A stretch of DNA of 64,000 bases from Octopus sinensis (GCF_006345805.1 NC_043008.1:70742001-70806000), one strand, 5' to 3'. Counted from the first letter of the stretch, positions 1 to 13,310 are shown. Made by a program: numbers and translations. The notes: generated from the sequence alone by a model not told the origin.

Positions 1-367
1 GCGCCTGTGGATTGGAGAGAAAGAGAAAGGGCTCGTATCTTTGGTATTCAAGGCAGTCCTGGACTTATGAGGTTGCTTGATTAGCACTAGTTAGAGTTAT
101 TCCTGTAACAGGAGGACTGCCTGATTCATGTTATCACATATATTGTATACTATGTATAGTTTTATCACATTCCACTGTCTTTTCCATTTCTCCCTCCCTA
201 TTCTTTATGTAAATCCGCACACAAATTGTTGCTTTTTCTTAAGATCTTCCCCCACCATCTATGTCCCTGTAGTTAATAAAGGAAATTATTATCATTATGG
301 AAAGTTTACTGTGGGTGTAATTCGATGGTTATAGCTGAAAATATTTCATGGTGGATTAGTGTGAGAA

Positions 368-609
368 AGGGGAAAAGCTCCCTTTCGGATCATATAGACT
401 CAAAGGGACTGTTTTCTGGATTTTATCTCATCCCACTGGACAGGACGGCGGTCCGTCGCAGGTAGACTCAGTTTGCCAGCTGAGTGGAGTGAAGCAACGT
501 GAAATAGAGTGATTTGCTGAAGAAAACAACACATCGGCTGGACCAGGAACGAAAACCACAAGCTTACGATCATGAGTCCAACACCCTAACTACTAAGCTA
601 TGCGCCTCC
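368..609 (-). mobile_element. tRNA-derived SINE (head B + CORE-like domain + tail X), decayed
   Basis: The reverse strand begins GGAGGCGCATAGCTTAGTAGTTAGGGTGTTGGACTCATGATCGTAAG (A-box, tRNA-like). It continues with a body matching 7804-7940 (TTTCACGTTGC..CCACTCAGCTGGCAAA) and a CCTGCGACGGACC..GTCC tail like 5930-5960. Confidence 0.75.
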
Positions 610-1505
610 CCAATTAGTGTGAAAAGAGGCACTTATTACTCGGATCTATGTCCTGATCTCCTATTTGGAAACTAGAATCAGGGTGAAGAGGAAGATGTAG
701 CCCAGGATTAAGTTGACCGATAGGTAGTGACTGAGAGTGGTGAGTATGGCCAGAGTAAAGTGGACATACGCAAGATGGATGGAGAATACTTATGAGAGGG
801 TAGTTATCCTTACCAGTAAGATTAATGCGATTTCTGCGAGGCATGTTATTTGACTCCTGTTAACCATTCGATTTTATTTTCCACCCTTCTATACTGATGA
901 ATTTCATGCCTGTTTCTTTTATAAGCAATTCTAAAACCTCACAGTTTGCTAATTCGTTCTTGTAAAGCTTCTTTACTACAAATAAAAATAAATATTAGAT
1001 TTATTATCAGAGCCATGTCAACAAAATTTGTATTTGGGATTCGTTAGTAACGTGTTCCTCGAAATAACGTCTGTTAATTACCCGCATGAATTTCCTGTAG
1101 CTCTAACAGCCCATAGACATCGCAGAGTTAAACATAAAAAGTAAAAATCCTTCTACATACAACCACTGTAAGTGAGGGCTCACAAAACTCTCAGCCAAAT
1201 AAATTTGCTACACAAACGGATTTTCATTCACCAAATCACTGAGGATTTTCATACCTGTTTTATATAATGTATATACTTGTAATCTAGAATTTTTATACAT
1301 TTATACTCACATGGAACCTTATATCTTCCTATACATTCATGCATGGTTATATCCCACAAATCTTTATGCATATATGTATACAATGTATATTGGTATGTAT
1401 GGATACAAACACACAGACACACAAACATATAAACATGTCTTCGTACATATATGTATATATATATATAGTTATATATACATTGCATGCCCACATGATATAT
1501 ATATA

Positions 1506-1557
<52 letters not shown>

Positions 1558-1791
1558 AATATATAGTTATATCCCATGAATCTTTATATCCATTTTTATT
1601 TTATCTGTTTATATCCCTCGAAGCTTTTTATATATCTTAATATTCATATAGGCTTTACACCTCAGAGTTATAGAATTATATATATTTATGTATGTGCGTG
1701 TGTGTGTTTTTGTGTATGCATACGTATGTATATAAATCAGGTCAACGCCCACAAATCTCCAAAGTAGTGACGGTATTTCCATATATGCATT

Positions 1792-1792
<1 letters not shown>

Positions 1793-1827
<35 letters not shown>

Positions 1828-1908
1828 CTATCTATCTATCTATCTATCTATCTAGCTAGCTAGCTATCTATCTATATGTCTGTCTGTCTGTCTATTTGTC
1901 TATCTGTC

Positions 1909-1939
<31 letters not shown>

Positions 1940-1941
1940 CA

Positions 1942-1994
<53 letters not shown>

Positions 1995-2022
1995 ACTATC
2001 TAACTATCTATCTATTTATCTA
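1793..2022. repeat. (CTAT)n/(CTGT)n compound microsatellite
   Basis: Directly visible tetranucleotide array. Confidence 0.95.
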
Positions 2023-4692
2023 TGAGTGTGTATATAATTCTTGTATGGTTACATCCCATATATTTTTATATCTATCACCAAATTTCATATGTGGTTACAT
2101 CAAATGATAAGGCAACAACACATCACAAACAAATATCAGATAGAAACGAAAATATTCCTCCGAAATGAAATGTACTTCTCGTAAAGCTGTAATATATTGA
2201 CAAAATTACGTAGCTATGATATTACATATGCAGTATCTCCGTCCAATGTAACTATTGGTGTAAAAAGGAGTTAGAAGTGAAATAGGTGCCGATATTAAAC
2301 CTCGTTTCAGTATACATCATACTTATTATAAACATTGATATATTCGCTTTTCAACAGAGAATCTTCGAATATTTGCAATTCCGCTTTTATGCGACATAAC
2401 GACGAAACTCCAGTTTATGCATGCTGTTTTCTTTCTTGAAACTTCTTCGTTCGAAAATGATGAAATTTATCGCCATTTTTCAAGGAAATGAATGACGATA
2501 ATTTTGTACTTTGATTCATTTAGTTATGTATTCATCTATTTATTTATTTATTTGCTCGTTTATTTTATTGTATTTCTACATCTTTTGGAGTAATAAAACG
2601 GAATGGCGAAGATGAACTGTTCCGTTGCATGAGCAGATAATACAGTCGGTATAATACTGCCTTCAAAGAAAAGCAGAATTGATGCGAGCAGCATGTGTGT
2701 ATGTATCCTTGCATGCATTTATCTAAGCATGTATATGTCTGCTTATGTATGTATATACGTATACAAATGAATAATATGTTTGTGTATGTATGTGTGTATG
2801 TATGTGTGCGTATATATACGTAGATGTGTATATATGTGAATGTATCACGCACATACATAAAGCATTATATTTTGCATAAAATTCTGCATGCAATACGTAC
2901 GGTGAGTTGACACCGGTTGATTATAAAGAACAAAGTAAATCGTGTGAAGTGTTGTAACGTAAGAAACATTCTGAAAGATGACACGGAGAGCATCAGCGTC
3001 AAATCTCGACTGCTTCTTACATATTTATGCCGGTAAAAGGTAAATTGGTTGTTATATATAGCATAATATATCACATATGATCATTTCTTAAAGCTATGAT
3101 TTTGATGAGATACATGACGCATCTCGCAGAAATATGCTGAAAATATTTGCATATCTCCGAACTGAAAAATGTATGCATACATACATATATACATGCATAC
3201 ACACATGCATACTTAAGTACATAAATGCATACATTCATAATCAATCGTATGCATACCTACAAACACCTGGGCACATATATTCACATGCAGATATACACCC
3301 GCACTCTCGAGGACACACACACACATATATATACACACACACACGAGCACATGAATACCATTTCTAAGATAAACACTAGAAATAGATTTAGAATTATCAT
3401 TATTGGTTGGTAGATTGGTATGTGATGTTTAACATGAAAGGAGAAGAAAGGAAGAAAAATGAGACAAAGAAAAAGAGTGTTGTGTATGTGCGTATGTGAT
3501 TGTAAGTGTGTGTGTACGCGAGTGCGCATGAGCGAGCGTGTGTGCTTGCGCGCGTAGAAGTAAGAAAATGTGATGTGAAGATGTAAATATATATACATAT
3601 TTATACTCCCCCCACACACACACTCACATATTCACTCACATACACACTGATGCACACAAATACACATACACACAGAAACATACACACATATATGTGTATA
3701 TATGCATATATGCATACATATATGTATGTTTGTGCGCGTGTGTGAACTTGTATGCGTATTTATACAAGGGAGAAAGACAGATAGAAAGAATCACATACAC
3801 ACAGTGCGTGTATGTGAGCATGTATATATATACAAAGACGAAAGAGAGACAGAGAGAGGTTTGGGTTAGAGATGTAGGAGTTAGAGAATGGCTGGCTGGC
3901 AAGCAAAGAAAATTGTAATGTCTATCACGAAAAGATAATGTAGTATTGTGTAATTTCTTTTTAAGGTCATTGTTGATATTTCCTTAGATCATCTCAGTTG
4001 AAGCAGGTCTATAATCAAGCCCACCCATCTATGACTATCACTTCTTATTTTTGTATAAATTATGTAGGACAATATCACTCAGTGAGTCGTTCATCCTTTT
4101 CTTTGTGTCTTGAGGGAAATTTGCCCACTATTTCTAGTATATCTACTGACCTTTTTTTTTAACTTAGGTTGTTATTTATTTATGCTTACGTTTAGATCCC
4201 GCCTACATGTTCTTTATTGTCTTCTGCGCAGCCTAAACTTGTCTGATCGCCAGAAATTAAAGTAGACGTCACTGTTGTTGTTCTGGTTAAGCCCCAGGCA
4301 AGCTCTAATCGAGTAGTCCGAATGTGTTTATAGTTCTTCCTCTGTAAAACCAGATCAGCCTTATTGCAGCAGTACGGCGTGTAGTAGTATTGATAATTGT
4401 TATTGCTTAGCCCCAGGTTAGCCCTGATCATATCACACGCTGATTAGTCTGCCAAACAACAAGGTGCGACTTACAGATCCATTTCCTCAATAACTGTTTT
4501 GAAAATAAGAAAGGTTCGTTATAAATGGAAGGTTATTTTTTTGGAGGTGGGGACGGGCTCGATCAGGATTGGCTTACACAAAGCAAAAGCAACAATGTTA
4601 CAAATAAATCGTGTTATATACTGATAGTTCTATAAATTTATATTTTCTTTGATTGCGATCAAACATTCGTTCTTAAATGATGAGAACAAAGG

Positions 4693-4728
4693 AATCTCCG
4701 AAGAAGGGTTTTCATCAAAACGTTGGGG
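4693..4728 (+). ncRNA. Degenerate minimal hammerhead-ribozyme-like relic
   Basis: CCGAAGA-A-GGG-TTTT-CATC-AAAACGTT-GGGG resembles CUGAAGA..GAAACGUU with two core substitutions (U4>C, G12>A); presumably inactive. Confidence 0.3.
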
Positions 4729-5076
4729 CTCACATCTCACCGTAGTTGTAAACATTAATTAGTCGTTTTTGCCAATGATGAGGCAGCCTCAATGTGATCA
4801 ATCGATTTGCTAGCAACAGCAGCCAAATCTTCAAATCATTCGGTAAATGAAAGATGCATTGAATAAACGTGATCAAGACGGTCGTGGATGGAGAACCTGA
4901 GATTATAAATCTGACCAATCAGTTCTGACCTGGTACGTTACAAACAAAACGACCAAATCAAATGAAATTAAGAAAAATTCGTTTTCCATATTATCACAAA
5001 GAAAGTAATCAGCTCAACTACACACACATATGCATACACACGCGTTCACATACACATACACTACACACACATTCAC

Positions 5077-5230
<154 letters not shown>

Positions 5231-5614
5231 TTACGCTCATATATACATGTAAGTATGTGTGAATGTTAGAAAACGAAAGCACAGCAAAGTGACTGAGGGC
5301 ACTCTCTCTTTCACACAAACGCGCACTCACATTCACACACGTACATGCATCCAGGCGTACACATATTCTCACACATTCACACATATACATATGCATACAT
5401 TTTCCCCACACTTTCACAAATTCTAACATTCATGCACTCATACACACACACAAAACATCACATCACACGCACAACATATACGTACTCACACATGCACAAA
5501 CTCGCATACACAAATTCAGCACAGTCACATCGAATTGAAACAATCATACAGAACGAAAGTTTGGTGACAGGAACCGGCAGGAAGAGCATCCATGGATAGT
5601 AAATGTAACTTCAT

Positions 5615-5725
5615 GAACAACCCTTGTCATCCGCTGTGCCGCTCTAATTTTGTATGAGGGTTAATTAAAGATACACATGTCTGTGGAATACTCAGCCACA
5701 CTTATGCTAATCCAATGATAGCTGA
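5615..5725 (+). mobile_element. SINE tail-Y fragment
   Basis: GATACACATGTCTGTGGAATACTCAGCCAC matches GGGTACACGTGTCTGTGGAATGCTCAGCCA at ~8014-8043 and ~22748-22778. Confidence 0.45.
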
Positions 5726-5729
5726 TTGT

Positions 5730-6030
5730 GGAGGAACATGGCCCAGTGGTTAGAGCAGCCGACTCGCGGTCGAGGGATCGCGGGTTCGAATCTCAGACCG
5801 GGTGATGTGTGTTTATGAGCGAAACACCTAAGCTCCATGCGGGTCCAACAGAAGGTAATAGCAAACTTCTGCTGACATTTTCACCATAACTTTCTCTCAC
5901 TCTTTCTTCCTTTATCTTGCAGCTCACCTGCGACGGACCGGTGTCCATCCAGGTGGGGAACCCATACGCCAAGGAAACAGGGAAACCGGCCCTATGAGCC
6001 AGGCATGGCTTGAGAAGGAACAAAAAAAAG
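5730..6030 (+). mobile_element. tRNA-derived SINE (tRNA-Arg-like head A, body A, tail X)
   Basis: TGGCCCAGTGGTTAGAGCAGCCGACTCGCGGTCGAGGGATCGCGGGTTCGAATCTC carries A-box, B-box and a TCG anticodon-like loop. It is followed by a non-tRNA body shared with 22585-22700 and an A-rich end. Confidence 0.85.
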
Positions 6031-7008
6031 AAACGATTGCTGATTGAACAACTGGGACAGAATAGTTATCGTCGACAAACGTTGGATGACCATGTTGAGC
6101 TTGTGTATGTGAGTGTGTGCTTGCGAGTATATGTATATGCTGTGTGTCTGTGAATGTATGAATATGTGAGTGTGTGAGAAAGTGTGTGCATATGTGTATA
6201 CATATGAATGTGTGAGAGTATATGTGCGCGTGATTGCGTGTGTATGTGTGTCGAGTGTCAATGGGTGATTGCAAGTGTATGCTTATGTGTGTGTGTGTGT
6301 GTGTGTGTGAGTATAATTGTATTATATGTGTACGTAGTAGCAATTGTTTTATATGTCTTGTAAAACAGCAGAGTATTTAATACGTCCTCAATAGATCACT
6401 GAACAGGAGAAACTCAGCGAAGGCAGTGAGGTGATTTAGCACGCACGCACGCACATACACATGTACACACATACACACACATGCACACTGAAATCCACAT
6501 TAATATAGACGCACAGCCGTTCTATATCTGTGGCTTCTCTTCTCCCTCTCATACACACAAATACACATATATGCACATATAGCTATATACTCATATTTTA
6601 GCCGGCCGTCAAGGGTTGTAGTAATTACCTATCATAAATATTTATATACCTGTCAAACCCCATTATCTTAGCACTAATGCATTATTAATACATCTGCACC
6701 ATAATAATAGCAAGGCTTCACTTTGGAAACATAAAAATAACAAGCTAATAAAGATGGAAGAACGTAAACTAAAATACGATTGTTTTTCTAATGGCAGCCG
6801 ATAAATGTCAGTTTAATAAAGGCGGGAAATAATTATAGAAAAATAGAGACGTTCGGGAGTAGTAACATCGTGGTTGACAAAAATATCATGAAATTAAAGA
6901 TATACCAGTAAAAAACAAGGGCTTGTCCAAACAACTACTCTGACCGACGATGCTATAAGATGGGTGAGTTTGTACTTACTAAAAAATGAAATAAACTTAT
7001 TATTATTA

Positions 7009-7059
<51 letters not shown>

Positions 7060-7073
7060 CATCATCATTATTA

Positions 7074-7423
7074 TTTCAAATAGGCACAGCAGATTAAACT
7101 GCTGGAAAAAAATTTCTAACATCAGACTATAAGTAACCTTAAATTCCAAGACCCGTCCTATGTATCCTAGCTGTCCGTAATAACACTGGAGCTGCACTAA
7201 ACTAGGATTTATACCTATTTCCTCCATCCATCTAGTCTATTGTTTAGGGATAGTTCCCGAAGCACCTATAACTACAGGGATACATTTTACCCGCATTTTC
7301 CATAGCCTTTGTGACTCGATGGCTAGGTCCTGGTAATTTGCTATACACCTCTCATATTGATTTCTCATCATTTGAGACTGCAAAGTCAAATACCTGGCAC
7401 TTCCGATTCTCTTTGTCGTCTTC
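7074..7423 (-). mobile_element. 5'-truncated R4/Dong non-LTR retrotransposon (RLE C-terminus + 3' UTR)
   Basis: The reverse strand encodes DKENRKCQVFDFAVSND / YQDLAIESQRLWKMRVKCIPVVIGASGTIPK, homologous to the end of the ORF at 12300-12600. It has an (AAT)n tail on its sense strand and its 5' junction lies in (TAG)n. Confidence 0.8.
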
Positions 7424-7453
7424 TACTACTACTACTACTACTACTACTACTAA

Positions 7454-7515
<62 letters not shown>

Positions 7516-7742
7516 TGTGAGTAAATGAATGTAGCATTGGGAATCTACTTGGGAATCTTCCAACTTTGGAGATTTTGCAACAATGTGTGCCACTGTCTCA
7601 TTCCGGATTCCTCATACTCTACATTTCTCCTTTTAGGCGTATTTTCTGAAGTGTTTTTTTTTAACACCTAAAATTGAGCTGCTATAATGAGGCTAACTGC
7701 TTCTTTATAATAATAATGATAATAATAATAATAATAATAATG

Positions 7743-7773
<31 letters not shown>

Positions 7774-7803
7774 CAACAACAATAATAATAATAATAACAA
7801 TGT

Positions 7804-8122
7804 GAGGGCGCGTGGCTTAGTGGTTAGGGCATTCGGCTCATGATCGTAAGGTTGTGAGTTCGATTCCCGGCGACGCGTTGTGTCCTTGAGCAAGACACTT
7901 TATTTCACGTTGCTCCAGTCCACTCAGCTGGCAAAAATGAGTTGTACTTGTATTTCAAAGGGTCAACCTTGTCACTCTCTGTGTCACGCTGATTATCCCC
8001 GAGAACTACGTTAAGGGTACACGTGTCTGTGGAATGCTCAGCCATTTGCACGTTAATTTCACGAGCAAGCTGTTCCGTTGATCGTATCAGCTGGGACCCT
8101 CGTCGTCGTAACCGGCGGAGTC
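7804..8122 (+). mobile_element. tRNA-derived CORE-type SINE (head B + CORE-like + tail Y)
   Basis: TGGCTTAGTGGTTAGG (A-box) and GAGTTCGATTCC (B-box), then GTTGTGTCCTTGAGCAAGACACTTT resembling the CORE domain of MIR-like SINEs; tail shared with 22690-22858. Confidence 0.88.
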
Positions 8123-8175
8123 TTTTTTTTTTTAATAATAACAATAATAATAATGATAATAATAATAATAATAAA

Positions 8176-11100
8176 GAATTCAGCTCCGGGCTGAATAACA
8201 ACATGGATGTTCCCTGGGAGCCTCTCTCCAAAAAACGAATTTAATCCAACAACATCGTTACAATGGAAGAAAGGTTCCACAAAATATCTTTTCCAAATTT
8301 TCTTTTAAGGCAAAGTAACTAAAAAGTCCGAACTATTATTGCCATATATAGTATGGTTTTCTTTCTTTTATGCATAGTATTTCCATGTGACATGCATAAG
8401 AAATAGAAGCGAACATCAGAGCTCTTGAAAGACAGTAAGTACATAAATTGATTAATTAATTAATTAATTAAATAAGTATACATGCAACTGTTTATGCATA
8501 CACGTACACATTTTAATTATAAAGTATACATGCAACTGTTTGTGCATACATGTACACATTTTAATTATAAAGCATAAATAATGCATACACGCGCTCACAC
8601 GTACACACAGAAAGAAAAACCACGTTACGCGGACAAAAACAAAACAAAAACAAAGCGATTTTTCACGAACAAACGCAAAAAAGAGAAAATTGGGCACTGA
8701 ATTTAGAAAGTCACTGAACAGTTATGCCCGGAAACATGACTACCAACAGAAATAGAGGCGAATTTCGATCTGTAAGTCTTATGCGAGTTCGATATGAACA
8801 ATATATTAATTCGGAGAATTCAGAAGCGGTGTTTTGTCAAAAAATTGACCCTGTCACCGTCACAGAAGCGGCGTCTTGTCAAAAAGTTGACTCTGAAAAA
8901 ATGGACCCCTCTGATGTCGCCGTCAATCATTTAATGAAAACAAGCCAAAAATCATGCCGGATCGGTCATCGCCCGGGACAACAAGGACCGCGTTACCCAG
9001 TAGGGAACCAGACTGGGGTCGAAAAGTTTGCTGCTGGATCAAACTCTCAAAAAGACGATCTACCAGGTGACCAGAACCAGAATACTTCTAACTCTGGACT
9101 TGTAGTGACACCACCAAAAACACCACCTAAAGCAAAACGTATAAAATGGACCAGAGAGGACTATAGAGATGTGTTGAAAGCTTTTTATACAGCCCAACTA
9201 AACCCAAACAATAACCTCAGTGTACAAACATACATCTCATGGAGAAATTCAGTAGGCAATGACGTACGTAGATATATAGACGCAAATAAATTAAGTAATG
9301 TACGCAGAGATATAATTAAAAACAAAAGACTAACTGACGCTGAAATTGACAAAATTAGGACACTAATAGCTCATGGTAGACCAAAAGAAAACAGCAACAA
9401 TGTAGACGAAATAGGTAACAGTAGCACAGAAGCCAGTGTACAAGCGGCAAATCAACTTCCCAATGGGGAAGTTAAACAAAGAATAGCGAAGACGAGAGAT
9501 TTGAAAAAAGAGGAGAACGTAGACCTTCCTCAAGAAAACCAAAATAGATATGACATAGAATTTGAGGTGAATAATAGAGAAAAGATTATGGAAGCAAAAG
9601 TGGACATTATGAGAGAACTCGGCAAGATTGAGCTCACTGACATGGTTAATAGAGAACCACTACCAAAGTTTTCAAATGGCACAAGAATAACAACACAATC
9701 ATGACATATAACGTTGCCCTAGGACAGATCTTAAGAAATAAGGGGAATGATTTGACAACCTTAAATAATCTCATTTATTCCACTGCTAAAGTAGTAACTA
9801 CCCAACTAGGTATTAAGATGACAAAGAAAAAGGCCAGGCATGTCAATGAACCTCCTAAGTGGAAAGTAGCGATACAAAAAGAGATTGAATCTCTGCGGGC
9901 GGATGTTTCAGTTCTCGATGAGCTTGCTAGAGGAGTGAATATTAAGCCGAGAAAAGCTAGAAAAATCAAGCAAAAATATAAAATCAAGATCTCATAAACC
10001 TCCCTGCAACTAAGGAACTGTTGAAACAACGGATACAGTTGAAAGCTCAACGGCTTAGAAGGTATGACAAAAGAAACAAATTTTATCGACAAAATAAATT
10101 TTTTAAGACAGATGCAAAGAAATTTTATAGGGAAATTGGCAAAAATAAAATACACATAGAAGATCCACCTAAGATTGAGGAAGTGGAGGAGTTCTGGAAG
10201 AAGGTATGGAGCAACGAAAAAGAGTTTAATGCTGAGGCTGACTGGATAGAACGTGAGAAAGAGAGACTGGATGAACTTGAAGAACAGAAATGGGAAGCAA
10301 TAGGAATAGAGGAGCTAAGGTGTGTCCTTAGGAAGGCTCATAAATGGAAAACCCCAGGACTGGATCGGATCCCTAATTTCTGGCTGAATTGTTTGACAGA
10401 GGTACACGAACATCTCGCTGCATCTTTGTCTGATGTCATTCAGAACCCAGAGCAAATACCTGCTTGGCTGACTGAAGGAACCACCTACCTATTACCTAAA
10501 ACCGAAGACACAAAAAACCCAAAGAATTACCGGCCAATAACATGTCTTAACACCACCTACAAAATCCTCACATCCATAATAACGGAGAGAATGTACGCTT
10601 TCCTTGAACAAAATTCTATCCTTCCACAAGCTCAAAAAGGTTGTAAAAGAAACTCTTATGGGTGCAAAGACCAATTGCTCATAAACAGAATGATTGTAGA
10701 GAATTGCCGGAGCAAAAACAAAAACCTGAGTATGGCATGGATAGACTACAGGAAAGCGTATGACAGTGTCCCACATAAATGGATACTCAAGGCCCTTGAG
10801 ATATACAAGATCTCCCCTGTCGTCTCAAAATTCTTAGAGAATAGCATGACCATGTGGAACACACGTCTCTTTCTAAGCCATAGTAATGGGATGAGCCAGT
10901 CCAACAGCAACAACATCAAACGAGGCATCTTTCAAGGTGACTCCCTCTCTCCATTACTTTTTTGCATGGCACTGATCCCACTCTCAAACGAATTGGATAG
11001 TGCCAGATATGGGTACAAAGTTTTTAGCAAGTTAATAAACCACCTTTTTTATATGGACGATCTAAAGCTGTTTGCCAAGAATGACCAAGAGCTAGAAGGG

Positions 11101-12753
11101 CTGCTAACAACTGTTAAAGAGTTTAGCAATGATATCGGAATGGATTTTGGCCTTGATAAGTGTGCTAAAGCAACTTTTGTAAGAGGCAAGCTCAGGCAAA
11201 CAGCTTCTGTTAAATTAGATATTGACACTACCATCAAGGAACTTGACCCACAAGAAAGCTACAAATACCTAGGAATCAACGAAGGAGATGGTATACATCA
11301 TGCTACTATGAAGGAAAAAATAAGAAAGGAGTACTATAGGAGAATAAGGCTTGTACTGAAGACTGAACTCAACTCCAAAAATTGCATTGAGGCCATTAAC
11401 ACCCTGGCACTTCCAGTAGTCCAGTACAGTTTTAACATCATTAACTGGAACCTTACGGAACTCCAACGCTTGAACAGGAAGACAAGAAAGTTACTGACAT
11501 CCAGGAGCATGCACCACCCTAAGGCAGATGTAGACCGCTTGTACCTACCTAGAAGCAGCGGGGGGAGAGGAATGATGCAATTGGAGCTGTGCTATAAGAC
11601 CTCTACTGTAGGAATGAACAGGTACCTATCTAGTACAAAAGACTGGATGCTGCGACTTGTGTGTGAAAACGAAAGCAGCAAAAAGCTGCATTCTATTGTC
11701 AAGGAAGCTTATAAGTTCGAAAGGGAACTAGGCATTAACCTTCAATCAGGTGAAGAGCCAGAAACCACTGCTACCAAGCAAGCAAAGCGAATCAGGCAGA
11801 CTGCAAAAAAGAATGGGCAGAATCAAATTGAGAGGCGGTGGAGCCAGAAGCCCCTGCATGGACAATACATTCTCCGAAGCTAAAATGCTGATGTAGACCA
11901 AGCAACAACCCATCAGTGGCTGAAGAGTTCTGGATTGAAAGCAGAGACTGAAGGCTTCATAATGGCAGCACAAGATCAAAGCTTGTTTACCAGAAATTAC
12001 CAGGCTAACGTTCTCCGAAACGGTACTGACCCTAAATGCAGATTCTGTGACACATTTGACGAAACAATAGACCATCTCGTTTCGGGATGTCCTGTGCTGA
12101 CACCAAACGAATACAAAAATCGCCACGATAGGGTAGGACAGTATATACATTGGAAGATATGTAAACACTACAAATCCGACACTCCTGCTAACTGGTATGA
12201 ACACCATCCTCAGCCAGTTGTTGAAGGTAAAGATGTCACCATCCTCTGGGATTTTCCAGTCAACACTGACAGAACGATCAAGGCTAATCGACCAGACATA
12301 ATTGTTAAAGACAGGGAAGAAAATACCTGCAGACTAATAGAAGTAAGCGTCCCCACTGATAAAAATGTATCTGTCAAGGAATTTGACAAACTTAGTAAAT
12401 ATAACGACCTGGAAATCGAAATACAGAGGATGTGGAATCTTAAAACAAAAACTGTTCCTGTTATTGTAGGTGCCCTAGGTATGATAAAAAAGGGATGTCA
12501 GAAACACCTAGACAATATCCCTGGAAAACCATGTCTCAAGGAAATCCAAAAGATTGTGCTAACAAGTACTGCCCACATCCTTAGAAAAACCCTATCATGT
12601 AAATGTTTGTGTTTGTATTACATGGAGATATTTCTCTACTTCCCCTCCCCAAGCTTTCAGCTATATTTCAACAACTCTTAACCTTCACTTGCCCTAGGGC
12701 GGTGGGTGTGCCCCGGCAGGTGATTGCATCAAACATGCAGATTAAAAGTAAAT
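8176..12753 (+). mobile_element. Near full-length R4/Dong-clade non-LTR retrotransposon inserted in (TAA)n
   Basis: Single long disrupted ORF with RT, CCHC and restriction-like endonuclease; (AAT)n immediately 5' (8133-8175) and 3' (12757-12935). The 3' end is confirmed by the homologous copy at 15871-16148. The exact 5' boundary is inferred from the flanking repeat. Confidence 0.93.
8724..12602 (+). pseudogene. Dong/R4 polyprotein (RT-CCHC-RLE), disrupted
   Basis: Motifs YRPITCL, QKGC, WIDYRKAYDSVPH, GIFQGDSLSPLLF, HLFYMDDLKL, FGLDKC, YKYLG; CCHC CRFC..ETIDHLVSGC; RLE RPDIIVKD..LIEVSVPTD..KEFDKLSKY. Frameshifts at ~9700 and ~10000, an in-frame TAA at 11881, and a 1-bp loss just before the likely true stop (~12600; the copy at ~16030 reads LRKTLSI*). 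Confidence 0.93.
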
Positions 12754-12756
12754 GAC

Positions 12757-12760
12757 AATG

Positions 12761-12821
<61 letters not shown>

Positions 12822-12861
12822 TCATAACAATGATAATAATAATAATAATAATAATCATAAC

Positions 12862-12917
<56 letters not shown>

Positions 12918-12948
12918 TCATAACAATAATAATAATTATTATTATTAT
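12757..12948. repeat. (AAT)n tract that flips to (ATT)n at ~12935
   Basis: AATAATAATTATTATTATT junction, where the tails of two convergent Dong copies meet. Confidence 0.9.
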
Positions 12949-13255
12949 TTAAGACGTCGCACAGTATCCAATATCGTGATGTTGTTGATTGAAGATTTTG
13001 TGTCTAGCGGGGGATTGAACTGTCTGTCAGGTTACAACAAAGACTTCAGACAGACAATACTTTACACAACATACGTGCAATGCCAAGTGATGCCGATTTT
13101 TGCCATACGCCTAGATTGTAGGGTATTTCTAAAGTCTCCAGATGTTTGTTCAGGTTGAGCTATATTGAACCCAATGCTCCGATAACAACAAAAATAACCT
13201 TTTGAATTTGATGAAAACAAGAGCAACCTTTATGTTTGACAGCAACAGGGACAAA
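12948..13255 (-). mobile_element. 5'-truncated R4/Dong 3' end (different subfamily)
   Basis: The reverse strand reads VIFVVIGALGSI*LNLNKHLETLEIPYNLGVWQKSASLGIARMLCKVLSV*, matching the C-terminus VPVIVGALG..QKIVLTSTAHILRKTLS. It then has a distinct 3' UTR ending CTTAAATAATAAT. Confidence 0.8.

Positions 13256-13310
<55 letters not shown>

Noticed and set aside
614-844. 76-aa non-repetitive minus-strand ORF
   Set aside because: No motif I can identify; possibly a very old LINE fragment but unsupported.
1490-1560. Recurrent single phase slips (TT or AA) in the middle of (TA)n tracts throughout the window
   Set aside because: Most simply explained by slippage or sequencing/consensus error in hairpin-forming TA runs; cannot be separated from biology without raw reads.
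5730-5810. Apparent tRNA-Arg gene (also tRNA-like sequences at 7804, 33806-33880 and 44209)
   Set aside because: The acceptor stem does not close and each runs into a repeated non-tRNA body; these are SINE heads.
8176-8290. HDV-like ribozyme at the Dong 5' end
   Set aside because: A P1-like pairing exists (GATGTT/AACATC), but I could not place P2, P3, P1.1 or the catalytic C in the required order.
9775-12207. Minus-strand ORFs (126, 94, 153 aa etc.) inside the Dong element
   Set aside because: Antisense shadows of the retrotransposon ORF with no independent motifs.
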